Shown: in pieces, positions 42,358 to 44,656 of the stretch
Numbering within the stretch: position 1 is the first letter of the stretch
Layout: each line of letters begins with the position of its first letter
Virus record (IMG/VR): IMGVR_UViG_3300036861_000552
Location: 1 to 44,656 of that record
Direction: 5' to 3' (one strand)
DNA: 44,656 nt
From: a virus
The notes under the pieces: model-generated
The model's database searches: none
What the model was told of the DNA's origin: nothing
Seen by the model: only the letters and a program-made list of their open reading frames with translations
Translations under genes and position numbers: made by a program

Positions 42358-42603
42358 TCAGCGAGGTCGGAACGGGTAATCATCATGGCCTGGAGGCGTG
42401 GTGGTGTTCTTATCATCAACGATGACGAGGGCGTTCTCGGGGTCGTGAACCACGAGAATGATGTCCTTGTTGAGTCTGGCACACTGCGGTTCACACCAGC
42501 ACTCATTGCCATCTTTCAGGTCGTGGAGTCTGGGAGTTCCGTCTTCAGTGAGTTGTCGCTCTCTGAGGACGTGGATGAACCTGATTCCTGGCGTGCGGGC
42601 CAC
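42358..42603 (-). CDS. possible small CDS in second frame (or frameshift continuation of 42516..42920)
   Basis: Distal part of ORF 42358..42846 looks protein-like (CWCEPQCARLNKDIILVVHDPENALVIVDDKNTTTPPGHDDYPF); GTG 42603 lies 5 nt after GAGG. Confidence 0.3.
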   Translation of the reverse strand: MARTPGIRFIHVLRERQLTEDGTPRLHDLKDGNECWCEPQCARLNKDIILVVHDPENALVIVDDKNTTTPPGHDDYPFRPR

Positions 42604-42920
42604 ACCTGCCTCTTTTCTGTGACAACAGACCATCGAGTGATCCACCCGATAGGAATAGATGTGTGCTGTCGGCAACTCCAGACTTTCGATTCTTGGTCCT
42701 GCATGATCTCCATCGCGATGACGATGTAGGGACCGTGTGGACCTTTCGAGACGAACCGAACGAAGTAACCGACGCTTGGAAGCTCGATCAATCCGCCCGC
42801 TTTGTGGATTTCTACATCGGAAGTGTCGCCCTGAGCATCGATCCAATAAAGCTCGACCAATTCCGGTGGGTCACTGACCTTCGGGGGCCGAAATCTCTGC
42901 ACTCGCGCCTTCATCTGCAT
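42516..42920 (-). CDS. hypothetical protein, paralog-like to 5663..5905
   Basis: ATG after AAAGGA; shared architecture with the 5663 gene through about residue 100 (IPIGWITRWSVV); the last 30 residues look low-complexity. Confidence 0.55.
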   Translation of the reverse strand: MQMKARVQRFRPPKVSDPPELVELYWIDAQGDTSDVEIHKAGGLIELPSVGYFVRFVSKGPHGPYIVIAMEIMQDQESKVWSCRQHTSIPIGWITRWSVVTEKRQVWPARQESGSSTSSESDNSLKTELPDSTT

Positions 42921-42955
42921 CCTTTCGGGCCTGGAGGGCTTCGGGCGCCAGTTCT

Positions 42956-43699
42956 TCAGGAGCTTGAAACTGCTGGGTCGCTGTTTTCGCCGCCTTCTCC
43001 CGCTCCTGAGCCAGCCAGAGGAGGAGAAGTTGCATTCTCTGGCGCAATGAGAGCTTTTTCTTCGGCACTCTCGCTTGATCCACGATGCTCGTCGCTATTC
43101 TGCGTCTGATCTTGCGCAGACTGCTCATTCCAGACCCTTTCCCACGCTTTGCGTGCAATCCGCTTCCCTACGGCCTCGAGCAATAGGCTCAGACGGTGAA
43201 TCTTGTCATCATCGGTGAGTGGAGGACCCGGGCCGAGCCTGTCTCGGGCGCCGATCTGTGCATCGAGCCGCGCGAGGGCCTGGATTGCGGCGATTTCCAA
43301 CTGGAAGTTGCCCGTGATCGCTGCGTTGCGCGCGACCGTGGACAATCTCTGGCGCTGTTCTTCGGCCGTAAGTGGGACGCCACTACCGTTAACCACTGTA
43401 TCAGCGACTTTCTGGCGTGCCGCTATCTCTTTTTCGAGTTCAGCCACCCCGGAGGTCGCCAAGATCGGCCCGGGAGCAGTGTCCTCAGGCAGTTCGCCCT
43501 CGATCATCGGCGAGGAGCGGTCGTAGAAGGACCTCTGGATCACCCCGGTTTGCACCAGGAAGGACCGGGCCGCGCTCACGGTGCCGATCGAGACGTTGAG
43601 GGCCTCGACAACCTGCGCGTTCGTGGCGCTGGGGTTGATTCGGAGGTACTCTTTCGCCTGCTGGAGGGCACCTTTCCGGCGAGGACTCTTAGGAGCCAC
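42956..43699 (-). CDS. HTH DNA-binding protein, candidate small terminase subunit
   Basis: First gene of the - arm; N-terminal LQQAKEYLRINPSATNAQVVEALNVSIGTVSAARSFL is HTH-like, followed by a helical oligomerisation-like core and an acidic tail. Confidence 0.4.
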   Translation of the reverse strand: MAPKSPRRKGALQQAKEYLRINPSATNAQVVEALNVSIGTVSAARSFLVQTGVIQRSFYDRSSPMIEGELPEDTAPGPILATSGVAELEKEIAARQKVADTVVNGSGVPLTAEEQRQRLSTVARNAAITGNFQLEIAAIQALARLDAQIGARDRLGPGPPLTDDDKIHRLSLLLEAVGKRIARKAWERVWNEQSAQDQTQNSDEHRGSSESAEEKALIAPENATSPPLAGSGAGEGGENSDPAVSSS

Positions 43700-43836
43700 T
43701 GAAAATCCTTTCTAAGTCCTTGTGGGGCTTGGTTTTAGAAGCCAAAATGGCGAAAGAACCCGGTATCGACCAGGAAGTCGTATCTGTGATCTCGATGGGG
43801 GGCTCCCCCCGGCGGAGGATCCGTGGCCCGTGCTCG

Positions 43837-43905
43837 AGCGCGTGTGCGCGTCAACCTGCACGCGTGCGCGCGCGTCCACCATAGGCCGGCACGCCACCAC
43901 GCGCG
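43837..43905. repeat. three alternating purine-pyrimidine (CG/CA) tracts in the divergent control region
   Basis: gcgcgtgtgcgcgt (43837-50, 14 nt), tgcacgcgtgcgcgcgcgt (43856-74, 19 nt), cacgcgcgc (43897-905, 9 nt); contain palindromes ACGCGT and GCGCGC. Confidence 0.6.
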
Positions 43906-44006
43906 CCCAATGACACGCTGCCCGTGGGGTATTGCCATAGCGTGCGCCCATGCGGCCGATCGGGTAGACTGTTGACGGTATACGTGAGCCCATCCCCGGG
44001 CCGATG

Positions 44007-44036
44007 CGGCAAAACGCACAGCATTGCGTTGCCTTT
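44007..44036 (+). terminator. terminator-like hairpin plus T-run inside the non-coding region
   Basis: GGCAAAACGCA-cagcat-TGCGTTGCC (6 bp + 3 bp with a 2-nt bulge) followed by TTTTCCCC; no annotated + gene upstream. Confidence 0.35.
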
Positions 44037-44102
44037 TCCCCTACTCTTCTACCTTATCACGTCCACGCTTGCCCGTGTTGCGATGTCATACGTGCAAACG
44101 GT

Positions 44103-44135
44103 CAAGCTAAGTGATTGCGCTACCTTAACTTAGCT
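44103..44135. promoter_or_regulatory. 9-bp perfect inverted repeat AAGCTAAGT / ACTTAGCTT (15-nt spacer); third degenerate copy GCTTAAGT at 44141-48
   Basis: Seen directly; lies 20 nt upstream of the candidate -35 of the + arm, so it is operator-like. Confidence 0.45.
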
Positions 44136-44154
44136 TTGAGGGCTTAAGTTTTTT

Positions 44155-44183
44155 CTTGACCTACCGCTTTGAATGTGATAAAC
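44155..44183 (+). promoter_or_regulatory. candidate sigma70-type promoter of the + (early) arm
   Basis: TTGACC (44155-60); weak -10 options GATAAA (15-nt spacer) or TGnTAAACC (extended -10 style); host and sigma factor unknown. Confidence 0.3.
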
Positions 44184-44350
44184 CCTGCCATCAACGCCAC
44201 CATGCAAAACTCCGCAAAGCCTCACGCAAAAAGCCCCACATTCCACCATCCAACACCTCCAACATAAGCACTTAGCCCTGGCACGCGGCATGCTCTAGCC
44301 TAGACCGTCCCGCGAATGGACGCGTGACACAGGAGAAGAGGAGCAACATC

Positions 44351-44440
44351 ATGGAAACACTTGGTGTGATCGGATGGAGCATCGCCTTCTGGTTCGCCGT
44401 TCCAGCATGGATTAGATGGATGGAACGGAGGGACAAATGA
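44351..44440 (+). CDS. micro-ORF, 29-aa Trp-rich membrane peptide (first ORF of the + arm)
   Basis: Hand-translated METLGVIGWSIAFWFAVPAWIRWMERRDK; ATG 8 nt after GAGGAG; below ORF-track cutoff. Confidence 0.45.
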   Translation: METLGVIGWSIAFWFAVPAWIRWMERRDK

Positions 44441-44649
44441 ATACCGTGTGGACGCTAGAACACATGACGGCATTCCTAAAGCATGCGGGAGTGTGCCTAG
44501 AGTGTGGGCGCAAAACGATCAACGGCCGTTGCTTCGAATGTGTGCCGGCCACAACGGCAGACATTGCCGCGATTGTAGAAGAGGATAAGGCAACGCGCTG
44601 GCCAGTGATCCAAAAAGAACTTGACGCCAAAGACGGGGAGATAGTATAA
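44437..44649 (+). CDS. small Cys4 (CxxC...CxxC) protein
   Basis: Frame of ORF 44416..44649 trimmed to ATG 44437 (ATGA overlap, GGAGGG 5 nt upstream); CLECGRKTINGRCFEC zinc-ribbon-like; its 3' half lies in the terminal repeat. Confidence 0.6.
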   Translation: MNTVWTLEHMTAFLKHAGVCLECGRKTINGRCFECVPATTADIAAIVEEDKATRWPVIQKELDAKDGEIV

Positions 44650-44656
44650 TGATCGG
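44530..44656. repeat. terminal direct repeat, copy B (identical to 1..127)
   Basis: See copy A. Confidence 0.95.

Noticed and set aside
42871-43158. 95-aa minus-strand ORF overlapping the 3' end of the HTH gene
   Set aside because: It overlaps 42956..43699 by about 200 nt in another frame and 42516..42920 at its other end, has no RBS, and its translation is Arg/Lys/Gln low-complexity.
43837-43905. GC-rich repeated tracts as a CRISPR array or iterons
   Set aside because: These are simple alternating dinucleotide runs of unequal length. They lack the regular repeat-spacer periodicity of a CRISPR array, and no cas genes are present.
44050-44062. ttatcacgtccac as a DnaA box
   Set aside because: It does not fit TTATNCACA without mismatches at conserved positions, and no second copy is present.
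43924-44133. 69-aa + strand ORF in the intergenic region
   Set aside because: It has no RBS. It spans the terminator-like hairpin and the inverted repeats, and its translation is low-complexity and unlike the neighbouring real genes.

Overview
The window is one complete tailed-phage genome. Bases 1-127 are repeated exactly at 44530-44656, so the molecule closes on itself with 44529 bp of unique sequence. All calls come from reading the sequence and ORF translations by eye. No database search was run, and family names are motif-based recollections.

Architecture: two convergent transcription arms.
- The + arm starts at about 44351, crosses the junction and ends at 18376. It carries small early genes, some of them micro-ORFs below the ORF-track cutoff. 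It also carries a replication and recombination module: RecA-fold helicase, PD-(D/E)XK nuclease, AEP primase-polymerase, Sak4-like ATPase and a family-A DNA polymerase with an N-terminal UDG-like domain. A DUF4406 / dNTP-diphosphohydrolase-like fusion, a T4-type lysozyme and a sugar-modification block follow. That block is a FAD oxidoreductase, a Rossmann SDR-like protein and a GT-A glycosyltransferase.
- The - arm runs from 43699 down to 18520 and carries packaging and virion genes. In order: an HTH protein (candidate small terminase), TerL, portal, scaffold, HK97-fold capsid, a GT-B glycosyltransferase, adaptor, a 1051-aa tail protein, a 993-aa tail fibre, internal virion proteins, and a 3-TM GTA-type holin.
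- The arms meet at a bidirectional terminator (18465-18508), which is preceded by an odd tRNA-like element. They diverge from a 650-bp structured non-coding region (43700-44350).

No integrase, repressor, single-subunit RNA polymerase, CRISPR array or reverse transcriptase was seen. The gene order is podovirus-like.

Most notable features:
- Eight homing-endonuclease-type genes: one LAGLIDADG, five HNH (one frameshifted) and two EndoVII-type.
- A nuclease cassette wedged between TerL and portal.
- Two separate glycosyltransferase loci, one inside the structural module.
- A low-GC receptor-binding cassette whose boundary falls in a repeated tail-fibre motif.
- The tRNA-like double T-arm element at the 3' end of the early arm.
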